Shown here one piece after another: positions 49,623 through 63,560 of a stretch of DNA of 64,000 nucleotides. The notes below the pieces were generated by a model, which saw only the letters and a program-made list of their open reading frames with translations, was not told where the DNA came from and ran no database searches. Each line of letters starts with the position of its first letter. The first letter of the stretch is position 1. A program made the position numbers and the translations under genes. The stretch is from Leucoraja ocellata (lineage: Eukaryota), in contig JAWMAR010000012.1 of assembly GCA_036785375.1 (NCBI GenBank), forward strand, positions 4,526,001 through 4,590,000, in the 5' to 3' direction.

Positions 49623-51619
49623 GACATTAAACATTACTCAGCAACAATTTAATCTGATGAACACCTGCCAAACTCAGTGACTGCGACTTAATGCGACTCG
49701 ATTTAGCCAAGTTTAATTTGTATTTTAAACCAGATATTACTCAGATTTGGATGCTTTCTTCCACAGATTTCCATATAGGTCGTGTTTTATTCGATTGGCA
49801 GTATTTCCCTTCATCTTTTTTATATATGTACTCTTCTCAGCCATCACACATATCACAGGACTTTATTTCTCATCTAATGCTCCTCCACACTACTTTTGGT
49901 TCTTGCTGCCGTCAACTTTGATGGAAAAGGGAAATTAACTGGTGTGTAGGATGGAGTAACTTCTTTCATTGCTTAGGGTGGAGCTATAATGATTATGATA
50001 AATGATATTAAAACATTTATTACCATTATTGTTTATAGTTATTGCATGGTTTAATAAAAGGTTTGTCACAAATGTGTACGGTTGTGTCTATTTTTACTTA
50101 CCCTAGCGTTTGCCTTATTGTGTTGAAGAAAATTAAGGCAGTCTTTCAGAGTCTTGTTGACAGTTGCATGAGCCTCTACAGACCCTTCGTCTCCAGCGAG
50201 TGTTACATGTGGACGTGTTCATCAGTACCTTTAAATGTCCCAAATATTGACCTGAACACACCACTGATTGGTAGTATATAAAATAGATTGTAACTGCTTC
50301 GAAGTTGGTAGGCTCAGGATGGAGAGGGGGAATGTAGAGAAAGTTATAGAAATGTCAAAATAACACAATTTTGGAATTTATATTTGAACAAAATTAAACT
50401 GCAACATTTCTTATAATCCAAAGGTTATGCCAAAAATTGAATTATAGCAATAACTTAAATTTTTGTTTAACCCAGGCGATGATTTTTTGCTTGTAACCTG
50501 ATCAGATTGCATTGGTTTTGACAATTAACAAATAAAACTGCGCATCGTGGAAATTTGAAACAAAAACAGTAAATGTTGGAAACACTCAGTTGGTCATGCA
50601 GCATCTGTAGAAAGAGAACCAGTTAACAGAAGGGACCAACACAGGTGAGCATTGAACTGCGCAGTAACAGCACTAATTGTTGTGCCATTGTGCCATCCAA
50701 CTAGGGCGGCAAGTTGTGCAGCTAGTTCATTCCTGAATTTGGGTGCTGTTTGTGTGGAGTTTAAATGTTATCTCTCTGACTATGTGGATGCTCTGTTTTC
50801 CTGCTTTAGCCCAAAGATGTACAGGTCAGTAAGTAGGCCGGCCAGTGCAAATTGGTCCAAGTGTGTCATGAGTGTTCGGAGGAATTGAGGTGTGGGAGGG
50901 AATCGTGAAGCTGGAAAAAGTGCAGAGAAGATTTATGAGGATGTTGTCATGATTTAATCGCCTGAGCTCTAGAGAGAGGTTGGACAGGCTAGGACTTTAT
51001 TCCTTGCAACACAGAAGGCTGAGGGGTAATCTTATCGAGGTGTATAAAATCATGAGGGGAATAGAAAGGGTGAATGCACAGTCTTTTACCCAGAGTGAGG
51101 AAATCGAGAACCAGTGGACAGAGGTTTAAGGTGAGAGGGGCTGCCAGAGGAGATAGTTGCAGCAGGTACATTAACAACATTTAAAAGACATTTGGACAGG
51201 TACATGGATAGGAAAGATTTAGAAAGATACTAGACTAAATGGGACCTGTTGGGTCCCATGTTCACACGGGAGGGCTGGTCCCCTAACGCAATATTCCACC
51301 TCACCACCAATTCCAATATTGGTGGCCAGTGGGAGGGGAGGGAGGGGGCTTTCGGGAGCGCTGATATGGATGTTGTGGGCTGAAGGCACTGGTCTCCAGA
51401 GGGCTAGTATGGATATTGTGGGCCAAATGGATTCTTGGAGTGGCAGCTCAGTACCTCAAGCCTGATGTGCTGGTGGTTCACTCGTGGCTGGTGGGCTGGC
51501 AGTTGACTCACGGCTATTCCTTGAAATTCAATTTCAAGCAGGGTGCAAGGCCACCAAATTCAAGTGCAGTTTCTTACCACTTCAAGCAGGGTGCAAGGCC
51601 ATCAAATTCAAGTGCAGTT

Positions 51620-52747
51620 GGATTTATGATATCAAAGTAGAATACACAAAAGACATTTGTGCAAATCCAAAGAAAATGGAAGATTAGCTCTTCCTAACTT
51701 TCTTTTTTACTACTGGGCAACTAACATTAAAAATATAATCTTCATGTTGGACGATACATGTCAACAGGTAAATTGGTTAAAAATGGAGAGGGAAGATTAT
51801 TTGCTTTTTAATATAGGCTCGATTCTCCTATCCAATACATTTGAATAAGTCAACGTATGAGCAAAATCCGATAATACATAGTACTTTACGTATCTGGAAA
51901 CAGTTGAAATTATGTCTTAAACTGAGAAAATTGTCTCTCCTTCTGCCTATTGCAAACAATCCCTCGTTTAAACCGTCTACTTGAGATAGGGTGTTTGTTC
52001 AATGGAAAAACCTGGGAATTAATACTGTGGGAAGCCTCTATAAGAAGGGGACTCTCTTTTCTTTTCAAGAACTACAGGAGAAATACTATTTGAATGCAAA
52101 CAATTTTTTTAGATACTTTCAAATCCGAGATTATGGGAAAGCATACACACAATATTTTCCTTTTATAGGTCCAGATATATTAGACAATTGTTTGAATAGA
52201 CATGCCGATACAAGTAAGTTGATATCTTACATTTATAACACTCACTTAAATATTGATACCCCACCTTCTGTGATTTATAGGCGAGCATGGGAGGACAAGT
52301 TGGGTTTACCTATTTCAAAAGATATATGGGAGGAAAGCCTACTATACATACACTACTGTTCTTTAAATGTCAGGCATTGCCTGATACAATTCAAAATATT
52401 CCATAGGTTATTCTATTCAAAGACCAAATTGAATAAGATTTTTCCAACTGTCTCCTCTATCTGTGATAAATGTCACCTCCAAGAAGCCACCCTAACCCAT
52501 TCCTTTGTATCCTGTATAAAAAAAACAAGATTTCTGGACGTGAATATTCAATACCATCTCTAAAACACTCAAAATTCAACTGGAGTCAGATGCAAAACTA
52601 ATAATTTTGGGAATGTCAGAGGGCTGCTCTAAGTTAACGACATTCCAAAGACGTTTCCTTGACTATGGCTTAATCACTGCGAAAAAACATATTAAATTCT
52701 GGAAAAACATAACAGTTCCCACAGTGAAGAAGTGGATCACAGAAATG
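51620..52747 (+). mobile_element. L1/Tx1-type ORF2 C-terminal fragment (zf-RVT region) inside Helitron
   Basis: Motifs GRLALPNFLFYYWA, FFRYFQIRD, LIQFKIFHRLFYSKTKL, CDKC...ATLTHSFVSC. Contains stops; no poly(A) and no target duplication. Confidence 0.82.
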
Positions 52748-53195
52748 ACCATTTCAAGCAGGATGCAAGGGCACCAAATTCGTGCAGTTTCTTACCACTT
52801 CAAGCAGGGTGCAAGACCACCAAATTCAAGTGCAGTTTCATACCACTTCAAGCAGGGTGCAAGGCCACCAAATGTAAGTGCAGTTTCATACCACTACAAG
52901 CAGGGTGCAAGGCCACCAAATTCAAGTGCAGTTTCATACCACTTCAAGCAGGGAACAAGGCCACCAAATTCAAGTGCAGTTTCATACCATTTCAAGCAGG
53001 GTGCAAGGCCACCAAATGTAAGTGCAGTTTCATACCATTTCAAGCTGGGTGCAAGGCCACCAAATTCAAACACAGTTTCATACCATTTCATGCAGGGTGC
53101 AAGGCCAGCACATTCAAATGCAATTTCATACCATTTCATGCAGGGTGGAAGGCCACCATTTTTAAATGCAGTTTCATACCATTTCAAGCAGGGTG
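52748..53195. repeat. 48-bp minisatellite (about 9 copies) inside Helitron
   Basis: Unit ccacttcaagcagggtgcaaggccaccaaattcaagtgcagtttcata; two more units lie at about 51530-51619. Confidence 0.92.
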
Positions 53196-56100
53196 AAACC
53201 ATCATAAAACCACCATAAACCCACACAAAACACCACACTCACAGTTCAGTAGACATTCAGTGTGTTCAGTTGATTCACAGCTCAGACGGAGTCGTGACCT
53301 CTCCCTCCCCCAGCATGCAGAGACTGAGCTACATCCACATTTCCGGGTTTTATAATCCCTCCCCCCTCCCACCGGAAAAGGTGTGGCCTTCATGGCATGA
53401 TTGACAGGAGAGAGATTCTCAATTTTTTTAAAACACTAATAACACTTCTATTTTCATTGATGGGAAAAAACCTTTGCACCTGATGAGCGGAGGGGGACTA
53501 ACCAAGATGGCCAAAAATCACAGCCGTAAGTGGTAGCATTTTATCTAAAATCAATATACAATGCAAACACGAAGTTTTCAAGTTTAGACTACCAACCATT
53601 TGCAGTGCTTTTACTTCAACCCAAAACCCCACCAACCATATGCAGTGCTTTTACTTCAACCAAACCCCCCACCAACCATTTCCAGTGCTTTTACTTCAAC
53701 CCAAACCACCACCAACTATTTGCAGTGCTTTTACTTCAAACCAACACACATTTTCATTTTCAAACCACATTAAGGGCACTCAATGTCAGTAAAACCACAC
53801 TCACAGTTTAGTAGACATGTGTTATTCACAGCTCAGACTGAGAGAAGTGACCCTCTCACTTCCCCCATCTTGCAGAGACTCACTGAGGCACAACACTTCC
53901 AGGTTTTATAGTCCCTCCCACCAGCATGGGCAGCAGAGAAAATATCAACATTTTTTAAACATTAATAACTCTTTTATGTTTCATCAATGGGAAAAATCCT
54001 CTCGTCCTGCGCAGCGGAGGGGGACTCTGTGTAAGCTGGCCAAAAATCACAGCCGTAAGTGGCAGTGTTTATTTCTAAAATCATTAAACAGAAAAACAGG
54101 AAGTGGTCAAGATCTTCCTTTTAGTAATATAGATGGCAGATGGGATTAGCGTAGATGGGGCATCTTGCTCAGCATGGGCCGAATGGCCTGTTTCTGTGCT
54201 GTCGGTCTCTATGACTCAAAGGGGGCTTGTGCTCCTGGAGCTAGTAATACCATTTAATTAAAACAGGAGGAGAAGCATTCTCTCAGTATCAACCCCCTAA
54301 ATCCATCTCAGAGTGTTATTTATTGAAATAAAGTCACCTCCCTTCTTCTAAACTTGTAGAGAGTGTAATTCAGCCTGATCTATATTTCCTCATATGAAAA
54401 CCTTTTCATCCCAGGCAATAATGAAGTGACATTTCTCTGAAATGCCTCCAACATCAAAATATCCTTCTTTGATAGGAAGATGGAAACTGTTGCAGTACTC
54501 CAGATGTGGTCACACTAAAGTCTAATGTATTTGTAGTCAGACCTTTCTACTTTTATCACAGAAATCACAGAATGGTTACAGCACAAGAAGCCTTTCAGTT
54601 CATCAAGTTCACACCAATTCGGCAACAGACTAATCCACTTCATCTGCCCTCGGTCCAAAGCCCTGCAAAATCTAATTTTCACACATTTTTCCAGCTCTCT
54701 TTTGAATGATACATTTGAACCTTCCTTCATTAATATTGCTGGAAGTGCCTTCCTGGCCCGAAAAATGTACTTTGTAAAATAAATGTTCACATATTACTTC
54801 TGATTCTTTTGAAAATCATCTTCATTCTTTGTCTCAAGATCTTGATCCCTCCACCAGAGAGATTAGTTTTTCTCTGTCTACGCCAAATGTTTTTTAAATA
54901 TCTCTATCAATCCCCTCACAGCCTTCCCTGTTTTAAGGAAAACAACCCAGGTTTCCCTAGACCATACATATTACAACAGTCTCTTATCACTGGAATCACT
55001 TTGGTGAATTTCTTCTGCACTTTGTCTAAAGCCTTTATATCTGTTCTACACTCCATCACTTTTGCAATAAAGTCCAACATCCCGATTACCTGCTGTAATA
55101 CATACAATCCGTGATCCATTTAAGCCAGGGCACTCGAATGATATTTACAACACCACTATTAATCTCTATCCATTTAACAGACCATAGGGCATAGAATAGT
55201 ACTGCACAGGAACAGGCCATATGTCCATTCCGAACATAACACCAAGATAAACTAATTTAATCTGCCTGTACATGAGCAATATCCTTCCTTTCACTGTATT
55301 TCCATTCACCTGTCTAAATGCTTCTTAAATGCCACTACCACTCTTGGCAGTACGTTCCAAGCACCCACCACACTTACCCCACACTTCTACTTTACATATG
55401 CCCCTTATAAAAGTCAGGAATTCTTGCTGAAGCTTTATAGGATTTAGGTTAGTCTGCATTTGGAGTACTATGTGCATTTCTGGTCACCCCATTGCAGGAA
55501 AGATGAGGTTTTGGAGAGGATGCAGAAGAAGATTATAGAATTATGTCTGGATTAGAGGTAATTAGCTATAAGGAGAGGTTGGATGAGCTTGGATTGTTTT
55601 TCCAGGAGTATCAGAGGCTGAGGGGGACCTGGTAGAAGCATATACATTTATGAGAGGCAGACATAGGGTAGATAGTCAGAACCTTTTTCCCCAGGATGAA
55701 AATGTCAAAGACTACAGGAAACAGCTTTAGGCAAAGAGGGGCTAAATTAAAGGAGATTTGCAGGATAAGTTGTGCCTTGGACAGCACAGTGATACGCCTG
55801 GTGGAACCTTTGCCCGAGACCCAAGATTGATTCTGACCTTCTGTGCTGTCTTTGTGATTTGTCCTGTAATCACATGGGATTTCTCCGGAGGCTCCAATTT
55901 TGCCCATATCCCAAAACGTGTGGATTTGTAGGTTAATTGGCCTCTATAAATTGCTCGAGTGGTTGAAAAAGTAGGATAATATGGAATCAGTGTGAATGGG
56001 TGATCGATGGTTCCTCGGGGATTCGGTGAGCTGAAGGACCTCTTTCCATGCTGTATCTTTCACGCATTTAAGTTTCTTTACACAGAGATGGAGGGTGTCT

Positions 56101-56845
56101 TGAACATGCTGTCAGGGGTGGTGGTTGAGGCAGGTACCATAGTGTATTTAAGAGGCTTCTTGATATGCATATGGATATTCTGGGAATGGAGGGGTTTCGA
56201 TGAAGTGCAGGCAGAGGAGATACGTTTCACATGGCATCATGTTTGGCATGGATATTGTGGGCCAAAGGATCTATTCCTCTGCTGTACTCTGGTTCTATGC
56301 TCTAATTGTAATAAGTTCCTCTGTCACGTTTGTTACTTCCTACAATCATTGGGATGTGTTTAATTTCTTGTGCAATGAAGATGGATATAAAATAAAATCT
56401 CTAACATTTTTCTTATTTCTTAATACTAATGTAACAGTCTCCAACAACTACCTTAATTATCTTATTTTGAATAAACTTGCTGGAACTATTAGGAATTGTT
56501 TGATAGTTCTTGGCTGGTTACTTTCATAATCTATTTTACCCGTTTTTTTGCAGTCATCTTTCTAAAATGTTCCCAGTGCTCTGGGCAGTTACTAATCTAC
56601 TCATCATTGCCAGCCTTTCCCTTCACTGAGATAACACTCTTTAATTTGCACAGATAGATCCTTCTCTTGGAGTCTTTATCTCTCAATAAAATATATATTT
56701 TCTGAGAGTTATAAAATATCTCCTCAAACGTTTGCCACTGTTTATCTATAATTGTTGGTTTTAATCTATTCTCCCACTACACTTTTGCTAATACTGCCTT
56801 CACACCTTTGTAATTCCCGTTACTTAAGACACTACAAATCTGCAT

Positions 56846-58833
56846 TGTCCCTGCCTGCTTCAAAGTCTCCACTATTGTCCCCGTACACAAAAAGCCAAGG
56901 ATTACTGGTCTTAATGACTACATGCCTGTCGCACTGACCTCTGTAATCATGAAAGACTTGTGCTAGCCCACCTGAAAAATATCACAAACCCCCTGGACCC
57001 CCTGCTGGACCCGCTGCAGTTTGCATACCGGGCAAATAGATGGGGGAAGCTTTAACTTTTCTATGTGGAGGAGTGGGGCAGGGTAAGGGGGAAACTGTTT
57101 TCCAGTCGCTTCCTGGCGGGGACGCGACTATTTCTCTGAGTCGCGTCCTCGCCCCCCTCCTCGCGGCCTACCACCTGGATCGGTGCGGCCTTTCCTGCCG
57201 GGGACCGGGAACCGGACCAGAGCTACAACAGCGGCGGCGCAGCGCTGAATTTACCGCGGAGCGGGCGATGCCTACATGGATCACCGTTTGGAGCTCTGGA
57301 GCGTTGGGCCGCTGCTCCAACATCGTGGAGCTGCGGTTTGGGAGAGCTTCCAACACGGGCGGCACTAACCGTCATCGTGGAGTCCTGGGGCAGTTAGCCG
57401 AGGGCCGCCAGTGTTGCATCTCCGCCCAGCGCGGCATGCGGACTTTGGGAGCCGTGGAGTCCAGTAGGATGTGGCCGACTCTAATGTCCAGGCCGCTGAG
57501 GATGTCCCCCAGCCCCGACGTCGGACTTACATCACCACGGCGAGCGGGCCTGAACATTGGGCTGCCCGTAGAGGCGATTATTTATTTTTATTGCATGGCT
57601 GTATGGTAATCACATTTCACTGTGCCATCTGGCACATGTGACAAATAAATGTAACTTGTTTATCTTGTAGATCAGTGGATGACGCAGTCAACCTAGGCCT
57701 GCACTTCATTCTCCAGTACCTAGACCGCCAGGGGACCTATGCAAGGATTTTCTTTGTGGATTTTAGCTCTGCATTCAACACCATTGTGCAAGAGCTACTA
57801 CACTCTAAACTCTCCCAGTAGACTGTCACTGGTTCATCAACTTCCTGACAGACAGGAAGTAGCATGTGAGGCTGGGAAAACTCATCTCAGACCCGCAGAC
57901 CCTCAGCATAGGAGCACCGCAGGCTGTGTACTCTCCCCTCTCTCTACACCAACTATTGCATGTCCACAGACTCCACTGTCAAGCTTCTCAAGTTTGCGGA
58001 TGATACAGCCCTGATTGTACTGATCCAGCATGGGGAGAAATCTGCCTACAGACAGGAAGTGACACAGCTGGCGTCCTGGTGCCATCGCAACAACCTGGAG
58101 CTCAATGCTCTTAAGACGGTGGAATTGATAGTAGATTTTAGGACAGCTCCCCTCCCCTCCCCCTACTAACCATCGACAACACCACAGTCACATCTGTGGA
58201 GTCATTTAAGTTCCTTGGAACCATCATCTCCAGGGACCTTAAATGGGAGGCCATCATCTATTCCACAGTCAAAAAGGCTCAACAGACGATGTACTACATG
58301 CGGCAGCTGAGAAAACACAATCTGTCACAGGCAATGATGGTCCAATTCTATACGGCCTTCATAGAGTCTGTCCTCACCTTCTCCATCATGGTCTGGTTTG
58401 GCTCAGCCACCAAGCACGACATCTGGAGGCTGCAGCGCATTCATTCGATCAGCCGAGAAGGTTGTTGGCTGCAACCTTCCCCCCCATCGACGAACTATAC
58501 ACTGCAAGGGCCAGGAAGCGAGCGGGTAAGATCACCTCTGACCCCTCTGACCCTGGCCACAAACTCTTTGAAGCACTTCCCTCTGGAAGGCGACTCCAGA
58601 TTGTCACAGCCAGACATAATAACAGCTTATTTCCACGATGGTTAGCTCTACTCAACAGCCAAAAGTCTGTAGCCTCCTTATGCTCTGGCATTTTATTTAA
58701 TTATTCACATGTTTAAATTATAATGTTTTATTTGTAATTGTCTACTGTATATCATGTTGTTACTTGCGAGCAAAGCATCAAGACAAATTCCTTGTATGCA
58801 TACATATTAGGCTATGTATTCAATTCAATTCAA
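56846..58833 (+). mobile_element. Rex1/Babar LINE reverse transcriptase, disrupted
   Basis: Motifs DPLQFAYRANR|SVDDAVNLGLH, FVDFSSAFNTI, KLLKFADDT, LELNALKTVELIVDFR, FKFLGTIIS; (ATTCA)n at the end. Confidence 0.9.
57042..57667 (+). mobile_element. GC-rich non-autonomous retroposon inserted in Rex1/Babar
   Basis: TAGAT target duplication (57037-57041 / 57668-57672); ends gtgacaaataaatgtaacttgtttatcttg. Confidence 0.82.
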
Positions 58834-60879
58834 TTCCATTTTCAGACCAACCTCAAAATCAGTCACTATATAAAATTGTGCCACACTATGAGATCAATGA
58901 TGCCACAAGGAATTTTGTAGAGCACATCATCTGTACCACAAGCACCTTAACAGTTCTATGGAAACCCTCCAGCAGCCATCAGGTCTTCTGAAAGAGTGAT
59001 AGGCTCATAAGGTTCATTTATTGTCACATACACCAATTGATGTAGTGAAATTCAAGTTGCCATTGCAGCACATTAATAAGAATACAACATAACATTATAA
59101 AGAAATTGAACATAAAACATAAAAACATTCCCCCACAATGGTTCCCACTGTCAGGGAAGGCACAAAGTCCAGTCCCCATCCCCTTGTCCACTAATAGTCG
59201 GGCCTATTGAGTTTCTATTGTACCATAAAAACCTTCGATAGAAGTTATTGTAAATAAAGCCACTGGAGTTATCATGGAAGCTGAAATGTTAGCAATGGAT
59301 GCTGAAGTCATCAAGTATATTCAAGACTGAAATATACAGGCTTTTGAATAACATGGGAGTCATGCATTTAGAGGATCCAACAGGAAAGTGAAGCTAAGGT
59401 CAAATATCAGCTTAGAGCAGGCTCAAGGTGCAATGTGGCCTGAACGTGCTCTTGTTTCTCATGTTCTCCTTGGTGTTCACTCTCTCATTTATTCAATTAT
59501 TCCTGTCACTAATTTAAATCCTCTCGCATTTCTTACAGCCTTCTCCATGAAACAGATGATGCCTTTAAGAATGGTCACTGTTTATGATGCAGCCCCTCCT
59601 GATGCCTGCAGGCCACAAAAAGTGTGTGTAGTACTGGCTGCAAGCAGATAGAACCAGTAAATACACTGCCTGTAAAACAATGTATGGACATGGTCTAACC
59701 CCATCAAATCTCAATGCCCACTTTCAAAGGGTAGCCAATTAAACCCTATACAGTCCCACCAGTGATGGGCACTTTACCTGAATGTGGAAAACTCCTTTGG
59801 GTGCTAATTTAATCCTGAAGGTTACATCATCTCTTCAGTGAGAGCAACAAAATCTACCATCATTACTACCTTCATATTTCATAATACAGTGCACTAAATT
59901 CCACCTGCTTTCTTGCAAAATCTTTCCACTTAATGTACTGAAACTCAAATCCTTAAGTCTTATTTGAGAAAGCAAGCTGTTTCTTTGACTCGCCTGTTTC
60001 AATTTCCTCTTCCAACAAGTAACTGTGAAACTGCAATCATAAACTGGGTATAGGGTGTTACTCAGCAACCAAAATGGAATTGGATCAAAATTAGACCCTG
60101 ATAGCTTCAAACTAATGCGTGAATGGCCCATTTCCCAAATCCATGGAAGAATATTGCAGGAAAATATATTGTGACATCCTAATTATAACAATCTGGAGTC
60201 AGATGGGCAATTCAACTTCAGTATAAATTGGTTGCCACGAAAATTGCATCTGTGATATGAGAATTATCTTTCCAGTATTTCACATGTAAGAGCTTTCTGA
60301 AAAATGTGGGAAATAATGGAAGAAGATATCTCTCCTCCAATGGGTCATTTATAAACTAATCAGTTGTGGAGTCTACCCAGCAATTTAATCTTCTGCAGCA
60401 GTGCTCTGCAGGAAAGGTCTTTGATCATAAAGGGTAATCAAAGAAGTATCTAGAAGCATCATCTGTCTCCACTCCACAACACAAATCTACAGCATTTCAT
60501 CAACAACAAGAAAAAAGCCATAGAATCATTGCAGACAGCTATTCCAACTCATCCCTTCCAAGCCAATAAAACATTGTAACTCCTGGTGACACCCTTTCTT
60601 TCCTTCCTCCTTTAATCTTCATCTTTCTAAACCTGATCTTTACATTATCTAGCCCATGCCTCTGAATTTCCTTGATTCTGTACAGTGTTTTTTGCCCTTT
60701 CATATCAGTTTCTCAATGGAAGATCTGTATCAGTTTCCTTTAAACAAACGGAGAACAAAGACTCCAAAAGGATTTTGCACATTCCAGAGTGATGAAGATT
60801 TCTCAGCATCAAGCAGGTTTCTGGTACTTATATAAGTACATCTGTAAAATATATTACCACAAGCATCAAAATTTAGAGA

Positions 60880-61270
60880 TACAACAGGCTGTGCATGCTG
60901 GGATCTGGAGCAAGAAACACACAGCTGGTGGAACACATCTGTGAGAAGGAACTGTTGACATTTCAGGAACTTGGACTGCAGAGCAGGATGGTTGAGCCAA
61001 TAAGTGGACCGAGGATGGGAAGAGAGTTAATGGGGAGATGCAGCCAGGTAGAAGTATGGGATGGGTGGAATTGGGATGCCACCAGATGGGTGGAGATGGG
61101 ATGATGGTGGAATCAACTGGTGGAGGATGATAGGATGATTTGCAAGCTGCTTGTCTAGCCTGCACTTGGTCTCGCTGGTGTAAAGAAGAACACTTGGTGG
61201 GCACTTAATGCAGGAGGAGGTGTAAGTGAATCTTTGTCTCACCTGGAAGGGCTATTTAGGTCCCCGGATG
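60880..61270 (-). mobile_element. Degenerate Penelope-like fragment
   Basis: The minus frame RQRFTYTSS...LLYTSETKCRL resembles the Penelope GIY-YIG region. Confidence 0.6.
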
Positions 61271-61416
61271 ATGGAGGTGTCAAAACAAGTGCTGATCAAG
61301 ATCTTGTTGCAGCTGATGGAACCGTGTGTGGGAGAGGGATCCCGTGGGTGAAATGTGCAGGTGGTAGGTGAATGAAACCTAGAGGGAATGAGGATGAAAA
61401 TACTGTAGATGCAGTA

Positions 61417-61511
61417 TTTAATCCATTTTAGAAGAATTTAATCAATTTTAGGCTGTAATGTAACAAAATGTGGAAAATGTGAAGGGGTCTAAAAACTTTC
61501 TGAATGTACTG
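61417..61511 (+). mobile_element. Tc1/mariner terminal inverted repeat fragment
   Basis: aggctgtaatgtaacaaaatgtggaaaatgtgaaggggtctaaaaactttctgaatgtactg|TA, a typical fish Tc1 end. Confidence 0.75.
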
Positions 61512-62119
61512 TATCTCCCTCCAGTAGTTGTCTCCACATTCACCCACACATGGCTCCATCTGCCCTTTTATTTCTGCTTTATTTGCTTCCACCCATCACC
61601 CACCTGCTTCAGCTCCCAACTTCATCCCCTTTCCACACTTCACTCAATCTACTCATTATTCTTAACCCCTACTGTGTCCACCTTTCACTTACTGAATCCT
61701 ATCTCACCCTCTTCCTCTCCTCTTTAAACTGGCTATCTTCCCTCTCCATTCTCAATCCTGATGCGGCGTTTCAACCCAAAGCATGGGCAATTCCTTTCCC
61801 CCACAGATGTTGCGCGACCCATTTAATTCTTCCAGTAGCTTGTTTATGGCATAAAAATCTAAGTGACTGAAAACTTTACTGATTCACATGTATCAATTAA
61901 TCTCTTCTCAGATTAAAGGATTAAATATGCCATCGGATATTCAATTTATAGCCTTTGTTGACAACTGCATGGTATTTATGGCTTTGTAAAACAATACTTT
62001 GTAATTACAGGTATACCATCAGTATATGGGTATCTCTATCTAATAGCCACTGTGTGTTCAACAATTTGCTCAACAATTCCGTACCTGTATTTCATTTTGT
62101 CAAACTCATCAAGTCTGTG

Positions 62120-63560
62120 TCAGAAATGGGAGAATTTATAATCATGAGCAAAGAAATGGTAGAGCAATTAAACAAACACTTTTGTTCTATATTCATGGAA
62201 GAGTGCACACATTACTTCTCAGAATTACTAGGAAAATGAGAGTCTGATGAAAGAGAAGAATTCAAAGAAATTAGCATTGGTAAAAGACTAGTGCTGGAGA
62301 AATTAATAAGACTGAAAGCTGATAAATCCACAGAGCCTGATAATCTATATGCAAAGTACTAAATAATACAAATACTAAAAGAGGTAGCATGGAAATAATA
62401 ATGCATTGGTTGTCATCTTTGAAAATGTTATAGATTATGAAACAATTCTTCCAGAATGGAGGATGACAAATATAACTCCATTGTTTCAAAGAGGAGATAG
62501 AGAGAAAAAGAACAGGAAATTATAGACATGGCCTTCTAACATCAGGAGGAGGCAAAATGCTAGAATCTATTCCAAAAGGATTAGATAAAATCAACATAGA
62601 TTATGAAAGGAAAATCATGTTTGGCAAAAACACGATGGAGTTTTTTTGTGGATGCAACTGGTAGAATAGATAGAAGACACAATGGGATATGATATTTGGA
62701 TTTTCAGATGATTTTTGATAAAATCCCACATAAGAGATGAGTGTGCAAAACTAATGTACATAGAATTGGAGGTAAATATACTCTCACAGATTGAAAACTG
62801 GATGACAGATAATTAATAACCAGGAATAAATGGGACTTTCTCAGTGCAGATGATGATCTGTGGAGTGAATCAGGCGGTATCACTACTTGATCCTCTGCTG
62901 CACACAATAATCATTAATGATTTGGGTAAAGGAACCATATATATAATATTTCTAAGTTTGCAGGCGATATAAAACTAAATGGATTTGTGAGCTCTGAGAA
63001 CAATGCAAATAGGATTCAAGATCGTTTTGATGTGTTCAGTACATGGTAAATACAGTTTAACATGAATACATGTGAAGTTATCCACTTTGGTAAAATAAAT
63101 ATTGATAAATTGTGAATTGGTGTACAAATTAAAAATGCAAATGGTGTGTTAACTGTTATTGCAAGAGGATTTGAGTATAGGAGTAAATACATCTTACTAC
63201 AATTATACAGGGGCTTGTGCTGTATGCAGATTCTGCTTCCCCACCTGAGAAAGGACATAAATGCCATTGATGGAAAGAAACAAAGGTTCACCAGATTAAT
63301 TACTGGGATAGTCGGATTGCTTTTCGAAGAGTGATTTAGTCAAGTTAGCCTGGATTCACCAGAATTGAGAAAGTGAGAGGGGGTCTCACTGAAATGTACA
63401 AAATTCCGGCAGTTTAGGGAGGATATTTCTTCTGGCTGGAAGAATCAAAAATAAAGATTCAGAGTAAAGTATTTTGCACTGAGATGGCGGGCAAATCTTT
63501 TCACTCAGAGTGGTGAACCAATAAAGTTCTCTACCAGAAGGCTGTGGAGGACATTGTTAA
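62120..63560 (+). mobile_element. Old, heavily decayed CR1 ORF2
   Basis: Remnants ctgaaagctgataaatcc, tttgataaaatcccacata, ARGFEYRSK.ILLQLYR, RFTRLI. Confidence 0.75.

Larger units (their letters stand above)
51230..54133 (-). mobile_element. Non-autonomous Helitron with both termini (2904 bp), inserted at an A|T site in a CR1 tail
   Basis: 5' TCTATATTACTAAAAG; 3' hairpin (51241-51257) plus CTAG. The flanks rejoin as gaaagatA|Tggcag within a CR1 3' end (about 50905-51229 and 54134-54215). Confidence 0.9.

Noticed and set aside
50102-50228. Minus-strand exon-like segment ending in GG|gtaagt (looked for TSPAN6, the usual TNMD neighbour)
   Set aside because: Stops in all three frames, poor acceptor and no tetraspanin similarity. 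No TSPAN6 exon was seen in the window.
52607-53238. Repeat-protein ORFs (SAVSYHFKQGARPPNS)n and Cys-rich alternative frames
   Set aside because: A by-product of a 48-bp stop-free unit that is open in several frames on both strands.
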